Origin: Anaeramoeba ignava BMAN
Taxonomy: Eukaryota > Protista > Anaeramoebae
DNA length: 64,000 nucleotides
Direction of reading: 5' to 3'
Assembly: GCA_028826165.1 (NCBI GenBank)
Contig: JAPDFW010000070.1
Span: 124,001 to 188,000, forward strand
The position numbers and the translations under genes are program-made. Shown here in pieces: positions 12,430-24,464 of the stretch. The notes under the pieces are model-generated. The model did not search any database and was not told where the DNA came from. It saw only the letters and a program-made list of their open reading frames with translations. The stretch's first letter is position 1, and every line of letters starts with the position of its first letter.

Positions 12430-14177
12430 ATGAGTGAAAATCAAAAAACATTAAAATCAGATGAAGATGAACGTTCTTGGGATACAAGCTCTGAAAACGA
12501 TGAAAATTCAGATGAAAATTTAGATGAAAATGCAAATGAAATAGAAAATGAATATGAAAATGAATATGAAAATGAATATGAAAATGATTCTTTGGAAGTT
12601 AGTCAAGATGAAGATGAAGATGAAAATCAAAATCAAAATCAAATTAAAAATCAAAATCAAAATCAAATTAAAAATCAAAATCAAAATCAAATTAAAAATC
12701 AAAATCAAAATCAAAATCAAATTAAAAATCAAATGCAAAATCAAAATCAAAATCAAATTAAAAATCAAATGCAAAATCAAAATCAAAAATCAAAATCAAA
12801 ATCAAAATAAAATAAATGAAAACCAAAATAAAATAAATGAAAATAAAATGCAAAATCAAAATCAAAAAGATATTAATAAGGATGTTGTTTCAAACCAAAG
12901 ATTTAGTGATTTACAACCAAAACAATTATATATAAATAAATCTGTAAGAAATCGAAATCGAAATGAAAATGAACGATTTCAAGGCAACATAAGACATCAA
13001 AGATATCAAGAAAACGAAGGAGATTCAAGAATAGACAGATATAGAGATCAAGATGGATTTAATCCAAATTATAATCCAAATTATAATCCTAGATATAATC
13101 CAAATTATAAACATAGATATAATCCTAATTATAATCCAAGATTCCAAAGAAATCAAATGTATCAAAGAGGATATGGCAATTATGGTTATAATCCAAGATA
13201 TAAAAGAGAAGACAATTTTACCCATAATCAAAGAATAAATAGAGATGAAGATTTTGATAATCATAATATAAGAAATGAAGAAAATAAATTTAATGATTTT
13301 AAAAAAGAAAAAAATGAACCAAATAAATGGAATAAAACAAAAGATGATGATTGGGGAAAAGAACAAAAAATAGAAGATAAAAATATAAATGATTCACAAA
13401 CAGAACAGAAAAATATACCGGATAATAATAATGATAATGATAATGATAATGGTAATGATAATGATAATGATAATGATTGGAAAGATACAAAAAAATATAA
13501 ACAAGAAATGCAAAGAGAGTTTCAAGATAGAAATCAAAGATTTCAAAGGAGAGATAGAGATCAAGATGAATACAATCCTAATTATAATCCTAATTATAGA
13601 TCTAATTATAATCCTAATTATAGATCTAATTATAGATCTAATTATAATCCAAATTATAAACATAGATATAATCCTAATTATAATCCAAGATTCCAAAGAA
13701 ATCAAATGTATCAAAGAGGATATGGCAATTATGGTTATAATCCAAGATATAAAAGAGAAGACAATTTTACTCATAATCAAGGAATAAATAGAGATGAATA
13801 TTTTGATAATCATAATATAAGAAATGAAGAAAATAAATTTAATGATTTTAAAAAAGAAAAAAATGAACCAAATGAATGGAATAAAACAAAAGATGATGAT
13901 TGGGGAAAAGAACAAAAAATAGAAGATAAAAATATAAATGATTCACAAACAGAACAGAAAAATATACCGGATAATAATAATGATAATGATTGGAAAGATA
14001 CAAAAAAAGATAAAAAAGAAATTCAAAGAGAGTTTCAAGATGGAAATCAAAACATCCAAAGAGAAAAACAAAATAAACCAAATATAATAAATCAAGAACC
14101 TGAAATTAAGCATGAATATGAACCTAATCCAAGATTTCAATCAAGAACACATAAAAATCAGAATCAAAATTTAATTG

Positions 14178-14208
<31 letters not shown>

Positions 14209-17200
14209 AAGCGAAAATGAAAATGAAAATGAAAACAATCAAATTTCAAATACAAATGAAATTCAAAATGAAAACAAAATTCAAAATGAAAATAATCAAA
14301 TTCCAAATACAAATGAAATTCAAAATGAAAACGAAAACAAAAATAATAAAATTCAAAATGAAATTCAAAATCGTTATCAAGGTGAATATCAAGGTGAATA
14401 TCAATACTCATATCAAGACTCATATCAAGATCCATATCAAGATTCATATCAATATCCATATCAAGATCAAGATCAGTATCAAGATCAGTATCAAGATCCA
14501 TATCCGTATTCCAATCAATATCAATATCAACATCAATACTCAAACCAATATCACCAATATCAACATCAATATCCAAATCAATATCACCAATATCCAAATC
14601 AATATCAACATCAATATCCAAACCAATATCAATATCAACACCCAAATCAATATCAACATCAATACCCAAATCAATATCAAAATCCAAATCAATATCAACA
14701 TCACCAATACTCAAATCAATATCAGTATACAAACCAATATCATCAATATTCAAAACAACATCCAAATCAACTTCAAAATCAACAACAAAATCAACTTCCA
14801 AATCAACTTCCAAATCAACTTCCAAATCAACTTCCAAATCAACAACAAAAACAACAACAAAAACAACATCAATATCCAAATCAATATCAAAATCAAAATC
14901 AAATTCAACATTCAAATCAAATTCCAAATCAACTTCCAAATCAACATCCAAATCAGCAACAAAATCAGCAACAAAATCAATATCCAAAACAAATTCAAAA
15001 TCAATATCCAAATCAACTTCCAAATCAATATCCAAAACAAAATCCAAATCAACATCCAAATCAAATTCCAAATCAAATTCAAAATCAAAATCCAAATCAA
15101 ATTCCAAATCAACATCCAAATCAACATCCAAATCAACATCCAAATCAACATCCAAATCAAATTCCAAATCAAATTCCAAATCAAATTCCAAATCAAATTC
15201 CAAATCAAATTCCAAATCAAATTCCAAATCAAATTCCAAATCAACTTCCAATTCAAAATCAAGATCCAAATCAACTTCCAAATCAACATCAAATTCCAAA
15301 ACAACTTCCAATTCAAAATCAACATCCAAATCAACTTCCAAATCAACATCAAAATCAACTTCCAAATCAACATCCAAATCAACATCCAAATCAACATCAA
15401 AATCAACATCAAAATCAACATCCAAATCAACATCAAAATCAACATCAAAATCAACATCAAAATCAACATCAAAATCAAGAACAAAATCAAATTCCAAATC
15501 AACATCAAAATCAACAACAAAATCAACATTCAAAACAAATTACAAAACAAATTCAAAATCAACAAAATCAATTTCCAAAACAAAACCAATATAACCAAAA
15601 CCAAAACAAACAAATTCCACAACAATTTCCCAAAAAAATCCAAAACCAAGACCAAGATCCAAATCAAGATCAAAATTCAAATCAAGATCAAAAACAATTT
15701 TCAAATTATCAAAATCAAAATATAAGATATCGTTTAAAACAACATCCAAACCAAAAAATGGAACAAGTAATTGATGAAAAAAGAAATATAGAAGTTCAAA
15801 ATCAAAATCAAAATCAAAATCCACAAAAATTTAATCAAAACAGGCAATATAATCAATCATTTAGAAAAGATTATCAACCAAAAAGAATTGTTTATTATCA
15901 AGATTCAAATGAACAAACAAATGAAGATGTAACAAACCAAGAAGAATATTATCAAAGAAAACAATATTATAATAATAATAAACAATTTCATCAAAGACAA
16001 AGAAGTCCAAATTCAAATGAAAAATGGGGACATGATTTATTCCATCAACAACAACAACAAGAATTTGATGAACAAAAATATTTCCAAGAAAATTCATTCA
16101 GACAAAATCGACCAAATTATAGAGAACCATACAGAAAAAACAGAGATTTTAGTCCAAAATCATTTGAATCACAAAATCAATACCAAATGAGAAACGAAAG
16201 ATTTAGAAATAAATCACCTCAAAATTATTATTATAATAATTATAATAGGAATAGTCCAAGAATGAGATATAATCAACAATATAACAACCAATTTCAAGAT
16301 CGATATTATCAAAACAGCCCTCCACAACATTTCCAAAACCAAAGACAAATTATAACACAAAACTCAGATCAAGAAGAAGTACAATTTTATATAATTTTAA
16401 TTTTAATAATAATTTTAATAATAATTTTAATAATAATAATAATAATAATTTTAATAATAATTTTAATAATAATTTTAATTTCTTTAAGTTGCCTGAATTG
16501 ATTATTGCTTGTAGAAATCGAGAAGAAGAAAAAATTAAACAACTTATTAAAAATGGAATGACAATTAATGATCGCGGAGTAAAAAATTTTTAATTCATTT
16601 TTAAAAATTCAATTAAATTAAATTTTTCTTTTAAAAAAAAATTATTTGATTTAATTTAGGAAGTAAAAATAATTCAAGATTTAAAAATAACAAAAACAAA
16701 ACTGATTTAAAATTTATTAATTTATTGTTTTTTTTTAAAATTAGCATGTAAATTATTACTAATTTTTAAATATTAAATTATTTTTAAAAAAATTTTTTTT
16801 TGATAGAAAAATACACCTTTGCATGAAGCTTTGGATAATAAATGTTCTTATGAAATTATATCTTTACTTATTTCTTCTGGAGCAGATCTTAATGCAAAGA
16901 ATGTAAATAAATTTTTTAATGAATTTTTTTTTAATTTTCAATTTATTAATTTTTTTTTCTTTCAAAAATATAGACTGTATTTTTTAATCAATTTATTAAA
17001 TAATTTATTTTAATCAATTTATTAAATAATTTATTAAAATAATTTATTAAACAATTTATTAAAATAATTTATTAAAATAATTTATTAAATAATTTATTAA
17101 AATAATTTATTAAAATAGTTTATTAAATAATTTATTAATCAATTTATTAAATAATTTATTAAAATAATTTATTAAACAATTTATTAAATAATTTATTAAA

Positions 17201-18284
17201 TAATTTATTAAATAATTTATTAAACAATTTATTAAAAAAGTTGGTAAAAATTATAAAACAAAGAAATTTAAATTTTAAAATTATTTATAATAATTATTAT
17301 TATGATTATCTTATTATTATTATTATTTTCAGGGAAATTTTCCAATATTTTATGCTTGTAATTACAATGAGGATGTGACTAAATTATTATTAGATTCTGG
17401 TGCTGATATTTCTTCAGTAGAAGTAATTTTTTTTTTGTTAAATAATTTGTTAAATAATCTTTAAATAATTTTTAAATAATCTTCTAGAAAGTAATTTTTT
17501 TAAATAATTTTTAAATAATTTTTAAGAAAGTAAATTTCTTTTTTAATCTTAATATATTTTGTTTGTAAAAATCAAGACTATCACAACTTTTTGCAAAGAT
17601 CCTAGCATAATAGAATTAATTCAAACTTACAATTCGATATTAGAAGATATGGAAAACTTATCAAAAAAAGCAGTATTTTCTGATATGAAAGTAGAAACAA
17701 AAAATGGAGCAATTCATCTTCACAAAACAATTGTTGATTTTAGAATCGGAAACACATCAGATTTTGAGAAAACACTTTTAAAATTCGAAAAGGAAAAAGC
17801 CAAATTTATAATTGAATGGATTTATGGAAAAAGACCGTTTAATTTTGATATTGAATTAGAAATTAGACTTTTTGCTGATGAACTCAAAATAAAAGATTGG
17901 AAAAACCTTTCAGGAAGATGTGGATTGCTTAAAGATCTCCAAAGACTTTATCTAGATGAAAACTCTAAAGATTGTGAAATTGTTGTTGATGATGATTCTA
18001 TTAAAGCTCATAGACAAATTTTGGTTGCTAGAAGTGCTTTTTTTGAAGAGGTTTTTAAAGGAAATTCACGAAAATATATCATCAAAAATTCTTTTGCTTT
18101 TGAAACTATTAAAGAATTGATTCGTTTCTTTTATTATGATGAAATTTCTCCTAATCTTCCTCAAAATGTTCTTCTTGAATTGAAAAAAACAATTTATGAT
18201 TTCTCTTTGAATCCAAATTCCTATTTGATTCATCTTTTAAATCAACAAAATCAAAATCAAAATCAAAATCAAAATCAAAATTAG
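12430..18284 (+). CDS. Large N/Q/Y-rich low-complexity protein with 3 ankyrin repeats and C-terminal BTB domain(s); contains 3-nt microexons
   Basis: Exon 1 12430-16378 (one extra A at about 12785-12789 joins ORFs 12430 and 12548). Ankyrin exons 16489-16578, 16807-16902 (TPLHEA...GADLNAKN) and 17333-17422. Microexons 16660-62, 16745-47, 16974-76, 17241-43, 17488-90, 17527-29. Last exon 17577-18284 with BTB motif SKDCEIVVDDDSIKAHRQILVARSAFF. Confidence 0.8.
13050..14050 (+). repeat. Intragenic tandem duplication, period about 549 bp (183 aa)
   Basis: YNPRFQRNQMYQRGYGNYGYNPRYKREDNF...DWKDTKK occurs twice nearly identically (e.g. 13201 vs 13750). Confidence 0.9.
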
Positions 18285-18507
18285 AAGGAAATGATATTTT
18301 TTTTTGTCCAGAAAATCTTTGAAACAGATTTTGTTTTATTTGATTTTTTGGTTTTTTTTTTCTTTTTTTACTTTTTTCAATTTTTTTGCTTTTTTTACTT
18401 TTTGCTTTTTCATTTTGATTTTTTGCTTTTTCAAAAATAAAAAAAAGTGGAACAAAAAAAAAATTTTTTTTCTTCTTTTTAAATTTAAATTTTTATTTAA
18501 AATTTTT

Positions 18508-19407
18508 TTATTGATAGAAATAAGAATCAGTCAAAGGAAATAATAAAGAAAAAAACAAAACTGCACCAAGTATCAACATGATTAAAATTTCATTTCTATT
18601 TGGATGATTAGGAATTAATTCAAATTGAGGAAAACCAACAAAATTACAGAAAGAATGAGTTAAAAAAAGAGGAATAAAATGATTAGTTCTAACAAACAAA
18701 AAGGCAGAAAACATTCCATAAATCGAAGTAAAACCAAATTGGATCAAAGAAGAAACAAGACTCTGAAGAAAAGGTAAGTTTTCAACAAATACATTTTGAT
18801 ATAAATGATGGAGATGAGCGCTTCCAAAAATCCAAGGAGAAAAAACAATCACTTTCCAATTTGCTATTCCGGCAAATTTAAAAAGCAAAATAATTCCTGA
18901 TCGAAAAACTAGTTCTTCAAAAAGTGGAGCCATCACAAGATTACGAAAAATTTGGATGTTTGTTTGAGGCAAGTATTCGTTTCCAGGTTTTTTCAACCAA
19001 AATATCAATGTTTGGAAAGTGAAATTTTTGTGTGAAAAAAATAAATAATTTTGGAAATCAAAAATCATCATTGTTAACGGTCCTAAAAATAAGCAAATTG
19101 TCATGAATAAAGGAAGTGAAGCTGCATAAAAAAAGGATGAGGATCGGAACCCAAGAAGGCTTATTAGACTTGGTTCTTCATTCTTTTCAACAACCCAGAT
19201 TTTTAGTGAGAAAAGTGAAATCAATGTTACAATTATAACTGTTATAAATCTATGAATTATTTCTTTTTTTTCTTTTGTTGGTGATAATTTTTTAGGAAGA
19301 ACACGATTTAGAATTTTAGGAATAAAATAAAGACTTAAAACAAAAAAGAAAGAAATTAAAAGTGAATGAGAAATTGCTTGAAAAACATTAAGTTGTAATT
19401 TAGTCAT
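18508..19407 (-). CDS. RCE1: CAAX prenyl protease 2 (Rce1, CPBP family)
   Basis: APLFEELVFR, FGSAHLHH and HSFCNFVGFP catalytic motifs in a multi-TM, intronless ORF. Confidence 0.92.
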   Translation of the reverse strand: MTKLQLNVFQAISHSLLISFFFVLSLYFIPKILNRVLPKKLSPTKEKKEIIHRFITVIIVTLISLFSLKIWVVEKNEEPSLISLLGFRSSSFFYAASLPLFMTICLFLGPLTMMIFDFQNYLFFSHKNFTFQTLIFWLKKPGNEYLPQTNIQIFRNLVMAPLFEELVFRSGIILLFKFAGIANWKVIVFSPWIFGSAHLHHLYQNVFVENLPFLQSLVSSLIQFGFTSIYGMFSAFLFVRTNHFIPLFLTHSFCNFVGFPQFELIPNHPNRNEILIMLILGAVLFFSLLFPLTDSYFYQ

Positions 19408-19504
19408 TTTTTTTTTGAATTTAAAAAATGAAAAATTAAAAATGAAAAAAATTTTTTTTTATTGAATTGAAAAAAAGAAAAATTCAAATTTAAAGAAAGA
19501 AAAC

Positions 19505-20311
19505 TTAAACAAAAAGAAAATTTCCATCATTTGAATTAGTTATAATCACAATTGTGTTTGATTTTGTTTGTTCATCAATTTCTTCAAAATAAACATTTTC
19601 AAGAATTTTCGATATTTTCTTTTTAGGTGTCCAAATATGTAGAATTTGTCTATTAAAACCTGGGTTTTTAATGTTAAAAGTTGAACGTGAAACGCTTTTT
19701 AATTTTTTTTGTAAAATTCTTTTTGCATGTTTTCTTTTGAATTTTCCTTTGAATTGAAAAGCACGAGTCACAGAAACACCAATAATTTGTTTATTAATTT
19801 CAATAATAAAATCTGTCATTGGACTTGTTTTTTGAGTTTTTTTATATTCAATTTCCTATTAATTTTAATTTTAATTTAAATTTTAATATTAATTTTAATT
19901 TTAATTTTAATTTTAATATTAATTTTTAATTTTAATTTTAATTTAAATTTAAATTTAAATTAATTTTAATTTTTAATTTTAATTTAATTTTTAATAACAA
20001 ACCATTTCAGTAAATAAAAGTTTAGCTTGAAACAAACGATGTAGAATTTCAAAAGACATAGATTCACTTAGAATTGAGTTACCACCAGCATTTGGAGAAT
20101 TTTGAATTTGATAAGTACCAGAATTAAGTTTAAATTTAGCAAAAGAATAATTAGAATAAAGAGTTGTTTGAAATAATTGATTTTTGCTTTTTGTTTTAAA
20201 AAGTGTTTCAAATTGATTTGCAAAATTTTTTGGTGTTTTGATTATAAAATCAATTTCTGTGATTTTGTTGCTATTATTATTGTTATTATTAATTGAATTA
20301 ATCGACGCCAT
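19505..20311 (-). CDS. AAC4-like conserved protein, 2 exons (20311-20003, 19855-19505)
   Basis: Spliced PNAGGNSILSESMSFEIL...LFTEM|EIEY...TDFII...GVSVTRA...KKL...QILHIW matches, by recollection, the Dictyostelium AAC4-like family pattern. Confidence 0.7.
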
Positions 20312-20654
20312 TGTAAAGTTTTAAAAAAAGAAAAGCTAAAAAGCTTTTTTTCTCGTTTTTTTTTAAAATCATTGATATTTTTTTTGTTGGTTTTGTTTTT
20401 TTTTTAAAGTTTAAAAATTGATTTGTTGTTTCACAAATTATTCATAAAAAAAATAGTAAAAAAAGTAAAAAAAAAAATTGTGAAAGAAAAAGTTGTTGTT
20501 TTAATAAGAAAATTATTTAACAAAACATTGTGAAACTGTAAAAGAAAAATGAAAAAAAAAAATTAAAAAAAAAATTTTTTTATTTAAAATAATATTACGT
20601 AATTCATTATTAATATTTTAAATAAATTATTCATTTTTATTTTCAATTACTAAT

Positions 20655-21110
20655 AAAATTACAATTACAATTACAATTACAATTACAATTACAATTACAT
20701 TTATAATTACATTTACAATTACAATTACAATTACAATTACAATTACATTTACAATTAAAATTACATTTACAATTAAAATTACATTTACAATTACAATTAT
20801 AATTACAATTACAATTACAATTACAATTAAAATTACAATTACATTTACATTTAAAAATTGGAATAAAAAGTGGAATAAAATTTAATCACAATTACATTTA
20901 AAATTATAATTACAATTACAATTACAATTACATTTAAAAATTGGAATAAAAAGTGGAATAAAATTTAATCACATTTACAATTACAATTGCATTTACATTT
21001 ACAATTAAATTACAATTAAAATTACAATTAAAATTACAATTACAATTAAAAAGTGGAATAAAATTTAATCACAATTATAATTAAAAAGTCGAATAAAAAT
21101 TAAATTTAAA
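20655..21110. repeat. Intergenic (TTACAA)n microsatellite with interspersed AAAAGTGGAATAAAATTTAATCAC units
   Basis: Directly visible between the PGK 3' end and the AAC4-like start. Confidence 0.85.
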
Positions 21111-21251
21111 AGCACATTTGGAATTGATTGATTTGTTGTTTTATTCGAAATTCAAAGTAAAATTTGGAATTAAAAATTTGGAATTAAAAAGTAAAATTGA
21201 GATTAAAAATTTGGAATTAAAAGTAAAAAGTAAATTTGGAATTAAAAAAAA

Positions 21252-24200
21252 TTATTTGTCAGAAAGAGCAGTAACTCCAGGAAGAACTTTTCCTTCAATT
21301 AATTCAATAGAAGCTCCACCACCAGAAGATAATAAAGAAACTTTATCACCAGCTCCACATTTAATAATAAAATTTCCAGTATCTCCACCACCAACAACTG
21401 AAACAGCACCTTTAGAAGTAGCTTCAACAACAGCATCTAAAACAGCTTTTGTTCCATCAGCAAATTTTTCAAGTTCAAAAACTCCTTGAGGACCTAATTA
21501 AATTAAATTAAAATTATAATTTTTTATCCGATTTTAATTTAAATTTTAATTTTAATTTTAATTTTGATTTTGATTTTGATTTTAATTTTAATTTTAATTT
21601 TAATTTTAATTTTAATTTTAATTTTAATTTTAATTTTAATTTTAATTTTAATTTTAATTTTAATTTTAATTTTAATTTTAATTTTAATTTTAATTTTAAT
21701 TTTTAATTTTAATTTTAATTTTAATTTTAATTTTAATTTTTAATTTTAATTTTAATTTTAATTTTAATTTTAATTTTAATTTTAATTTTAATTTTAATTT
21801 TAATTTTTAATTTTAATTTTAATTTTAATTTTAATTTTAATTTTAATTATAATTTCCAAACCATTCCAAATTATAGTTTTGGATTTAAGAATAACTTCTT
21901 TGAAAATTGCTCTTGATTTTTCTCCACAATCAAATCCTTCAAAACCATCTGGAATTCCTGATTCATCATCTGCAACTGAAATGTTTCCATCATTTGAGAA
22001 TTTATCTGAAATAATATAATCAACTGGAAAATGAATTTTCACATTTTTCTCTTCTGCTTTTTTCATAATTTTCTTAACAATTTCTTCTCCTTTTGGATTA
22101 AAAATAGAATTTCCAATTTTCATATTATTAAGGAATTTCTTAAAAGTATAAACCTAAATAAATTTGAATTAAATTTGAATTAAATTTGAAATAAATTTGA
22201 AATAAAATTTGAATTAAATTTGAAATAAATTTGAAATAAATTTGGAATTAAATTTGAAATAAATTTGGAATTAAATTTGAATTAAATTTTAAATTTGAAA
22301 TAAATTTGAAATAAAATTTGAAATAAAATTTGAATTAAATTTGAAATAAAATTTGAATTAAATTTGAAATAAAATTTGAATTAAATTTGAAATAAATTTG
22401 AATTAAATTTGAAATAATTTTGATTCCAAACCATTCCACCTATTTTTTTAAAATAATAAAATAAAAAGATTAGATTTAAAAAGAAAAGGAAAATATTTAA
22501 ATTAATAACAAAAAAAATACCGCTAATAATCATTTCATCAACAATATCCAACAAGTTTTCAATTGTTAAAATCTTATCAGCAACTTTTTTTCCACCCAAA
22601 ATAGCCAAATAAGGTTTGACAGGATTTTCCAAAGTTTTTGAGAAATATTCAAGTTCTTTTTTCAATAAAAGACCAGCTGCACGTTGAGGAAGATTAACAC
22701 CAACCATACTAGAATGAGCACGATGAGCAGTTCCAAATGCATCATTGATATAAACATCACCAAGTTTTGAAAGAGAATCTCTAAATTTTTGAATATCTTC
22801 TTTTTTTGCTTCCAATTTTTCTTTTTTGTCATTCTCTACAGCTCCTTCTTCTTCTAGATGAAATCGTAGATTTTCAAGTAATATTAAACTCCCTTTCTTT
22901 GGATTAGCACAATGTTTTTCTACTTCTTCTCCAACACAATCTGGTAAAAAATCAACTTCAATCCCCATTAATTCTTTTAATTTTTCTGCAACTGGTTTCA
23001 ATGATAATTCTGGTTTTTTTTGTCCATTAGGTCTTCCAAGATGTGCTATTTATTCATTTTGATTTTAATTTTAATTTTAATATTAATTTTATTTTTGATT
23101 TTAATTTTAATTTTAATTATGATTTTAATTTTAATTTTAATTTTATTTTTATTTTAATTTTAATTTTAATTTTAATTTTAATTTTAATTTTAATTTTAAT
23201 TTTAATTTTAATTTTAATTTTAATTTTAATTTTAATTTTAATTTTAATTTTAATTTAAATTTTAATTTTAATTTTAATTTTAATTTTATATATTAATTTT
23301 AAATTTAATTTTAATTTTATTAATTTTAATTTTGATTTTTAAATTTAATTTTAATTTTAATTTTTAATTTTAATTTTAAATTTAATTTTAATTTTAATTT
23401 TAATTTTAATTTTAATTTTTAATTTTAATTTTAATTTTAATTTTAATTTTAATTTTAATTTTAATTTTAATTTTAATTTTAATTTTAATTTTAATTTTTA
23501 ATTTTAATTTTAATTTTAATTTTAATTTTAATTTTAAATTTTAATTTTAATTTTAATTTTAATTTTAATTTTAATTTTAATTTTAACTTTTAATTTTAAT
23601 TTTAATTTTAATTTTAATTTTAATTTTAATTTTAATTTTAATTTTTAATTTTAATTTTAATTTTAATTTTAATTTTAATTTTAATTTTAATTTTATTTTT
23701 GATTTTGATTAATTTTAATTTTAATTTTAATTTTAATTTAAATTTAATTTTAATTTTAATTTTAATTTTATTTTTGATTTTGATTAATTTTAATTTTAAT
23801 TTTAATTTTAATTTAAATTTAATTTTAATTTTAATTTTAATTTTAATTTTAATTTTAATTTAATTTTAATTTTAATTTTAATTTTAATTTTAATTTTAAT
23901 TTTAATTTTAAATTTTAATTTTAATTTTAAATTTTGATTTTAATTTTAATTTTAATTTATATTTTAATTTTAATTTTAATTTTAATTTGTTTGTGTGTTT
24001 TTGTTTGTATTTTTATGTGTATTTCTTTTTGTTTATGTGTTTATTTTGTTTATTTTTATTATTAAAATTTTTTTTTTTTACACATTAAAACAAGAGAATG
24101 AGCATCTTTTTCAAAAACTTTTTTAATTGTTGGAATTGTAACAATAATTCTTTGAGCATCATCGACTTTCCCATCTTTTAAGGGGACATTGAAATCAACT

Positions 24201-24262
24201 CTCATCAAAACTCTTTTGTCTTTGACATCCAATTCTGCTATTGTAAGTTTTTTAGATAACAT
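21252..24262 (-). CDS. PGK: Phosphoglycerate kinase, 5 exons (24262-24082, 23045-22521, 22439-22432, 22153-21862, 21493-21252); possible in-frame upstream ATG at 24361
   Basis: [48 protein letters not shown] and SGGGAS reconstructed across GT-AG junctions. Confidence 0.97.
21530..21850. repeat. Intronic (TTTTAA)n in PGK intron 4
   Basis: Hexamer array within intron 21861-21494. Confidence 0.9.
23050..23990. repeat. Intronic (TTTTAA)n in PGK intron 1
   Basis: Hexamer array within the 1036-nt intron 24081-23046. Confidence 0.9.
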
Positions 24263-24464
24263 TCCTGAAGAAAAAAAATGAATTACACCAAAGCAAAAAA
24301 ATTGTTTGTCATCTTTAAAAATTGCTGGAATTGTTTTAATTTTATTAATTGCAAAATTCATTTATTTGCTTTTTATTTTATTTTTATTTTTATTTTTATT
24401 ATTTTAAAAAAAAAAGCAAAAAAAATGAGAATTAAAAAAAAATCAAAAAACAATTTTTTGGATT

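Noticed and set aside
14124-15725. Long alternative-frame and antisense ORFs (VDLD.., INIQ..)
   Set aside because: By-products of the NQxP codon repeats in the real ORF.
2563-19407. Functional Ras cluster (RasGEF plus Rce1)
   Set aside because: Separated by unrelated genes; no evidence beyond chance proximity.
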